Shown here: positions 30,898-32,179 of the stretch, in pieces
Layout of the letters: each line of letters begins with the position of its first letter
How positions within the stretch are numbered: the stretch's first letter is position 1
NCBI GenBank assembly: GCA_010093815.1
Contig: ML996600.1
Source: Pseudovirgaria hyperparasitica
Taxonomy: Eukaryota
Strand: one strand, 5' to 3'
DNA length: 32,179 nucleotides
Notes under the pieces: generated by a model
Told to the model about the DNA's origin: nothing
Database searches by the model: none
Seen by the model: the letters and a program-made list of their open reading frames with translations, nothing else
Translations under genes and position numbers: made by a program

Positions 30898-32179
30898 GTT
30901 CGTCAACCTTAGTTGACGGCATTGCGGAGATCTCGCCTTGAAAGTCTGGCTTCCTACTGATCGCGTTAGGTACTACTGCCTTGGATACTCGGCCTCCTTG
31001 TCCTTGGCGGTCTTAAGGAACTGTAGGCTGTGGTGATCGGTGAGGATCGTGGTCTTCTTCGTTACTAGCAAGTATCCCCAAGTTCGTAGGGCGTGTTTGA
31101 TAGCAAGAAGTTCTTTTTCGTGTACTGGGTAGTTGAGCTCGGCGCCATTGAGATTTCTCCCGTCAAACGCGATTGGCTGGTTCTGCTTGTCGGCATCTTC
31201 TTGGCAGATCACCATGCCGATCGCGTAGTTGCTTGCGTCCGTTTCAATGCAGAAGGGTTTCGTTTCATCTGGCTGAGCAAGGACTGGCTCGGAACATAGG
31301 GCATTCTTAAGGGTTTTGAAGGCAAACGCTGTTGACAGCGTCCATCTGATGGGCCTGTACTTCTGCTTTCGGATGAGCGGGTCTGCTTCTTTGAGAAGGT
31401 CTGTCAAAGGTGCTGCGATGCTTGTAAATCCCCTAATGTACCTTCGGTAGTAGTTTGCTAGGCCAAGGAACTGTCGAACTTCGCTAACGTTCGTGGGTTC
31501 CGGCCATTCACGGATAGCCTGAAACTTATCTTTCATAGGACGAAGTTGTCCTTGCGAGACGTGGTGTCCGCAGAAGTCAACTTCAGCCTGGCCGAAGCTA
31601 AATTTCTCCGGATTGGCAAGCAAACGATATTCGCGGAGTAAGACAAGTACTTTTGACAGCACTCTCACATGTTCTTCCATGGTTTCGGAAAAGATAATGA
31701 TATCGTCCAAGTACACAACCACGGATTTGTGTAATAGAGGTTGAAGGACTCTGTTCATCATCTTTTGGAATGTGGCAGGTGCGCTTGACAGACCGAACGG
31801 CATTACCTTAAACTCGTATTTGCCGTAGACCGTGTTGAAAGCGGTTTTCGGGACGTCTTCATTGTTAATACGTACTTGCCAGAATCCTGAGGTTAAGTCC
31901 ATCTTGGTAAACACTGTTGACTGGCCGAAGGCACGTAGGGAAGACTCGAGTCGGTTGGCACATATGTTAATAAGTGCCATCGTACGAGCGTCTCCAGTGA
32001 GGTCTCTCGTGGCCGGATCAGCACTGAGAAGTGCGGTAAGCACGTCAACATTCATTGACGGAGCGTTACGGGCGCGTCCCGTACTTTGGGGAGCGGTTGC
32101 TCCGTCCATAGGGACGTCGCCGTCGCGATCGGGGTTCTGGGGAAGAGACATCTCGGTATAACTTGTTAGGGAAAGGGGA
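30898..32179 (-). mobile_element. Internally deleted, 3'-truncated second copy of the same Ty3/Gypsy family (continues past the window edge)
   Basis: 30898-31939 matches ~22602-23701 (RT-RH) and 31943-32179 matches ~25843-26079 (gag 5' end and leader). There is a further ~58-bp deletion and a 1-bp deletion near 30990-31003. Confidence 0.95.
30973..32151 (-). pseudogene. In-frame Gag(N-terminal 70 aa)-RT/RNase H fusion ORF created by deletion
   Basis: MSLPQNPDR...ANRLES-S-LRAFGQSTVF...YLDD...ETDAS...LTDHHSLQFL, 392 aa. It lacks the capsid core, zinc knuckle, protease, RT N-terminus and integrase. Confidence 0.85.

Noticed and set aside
30898..32179. Heavy RIP of the second Gypsy copy
   Set aside because: A few CpA-to-TpA changes occur near 30980, but many differences are silent, they go in both directions, and the 392-codon frame has no nonsense codons.

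Overview
Eukaryotic DNA, most likely a filamentous ascomycete (45-60 nt GT-AG introns with CTRAY branch sites, fungal gene families), in a transposon-rich region with several decaying genes. The centrepiece is a young, apparently intact 9.2-kb Ty3/Gypsy LTR retrotransposon on the minus strand (17537-26743). It has 132-bp LTRs differing at one base, a PBS of the tRNA-iMet type, a PPT, gag, a predicted -1 frameshift and a pol with no chromodomain. Two features are unusual. (1) The ~2.8 kb between pol and the 3' LTR holds an antisense gene with 7 predicted introns (~627 aa, Cys-rich DUF3716-like module). (2) A spaced palindrome, GTCAA-N6-TTGAC, occurs as 15 perfect and many near-perfect copies across the element, including in introns and coding sequence, and I did not see it outside element-derived DNA. 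Together these suggest an element-encoded DNA-binding factor with self-recognition sites, possibly for anti-silencing or autoregulation; this is inference. The rest of the window holds an internally deleted second copy of the element (30898 to window end), a Ty1/Copia remnant, an FTA2-like kinase-fold gene, a Myb/SANT-domain ORF, nonsense-interrupted Bys1-like and alpha/beta-hydrolase genes, homeodomain and C6-TF remnants, a 399-bp inverted dispersed duplication, a perfect 32-bp-arm hairpin and short tandem repeats. All family calls come from motif recognition by eye, not from database searches.
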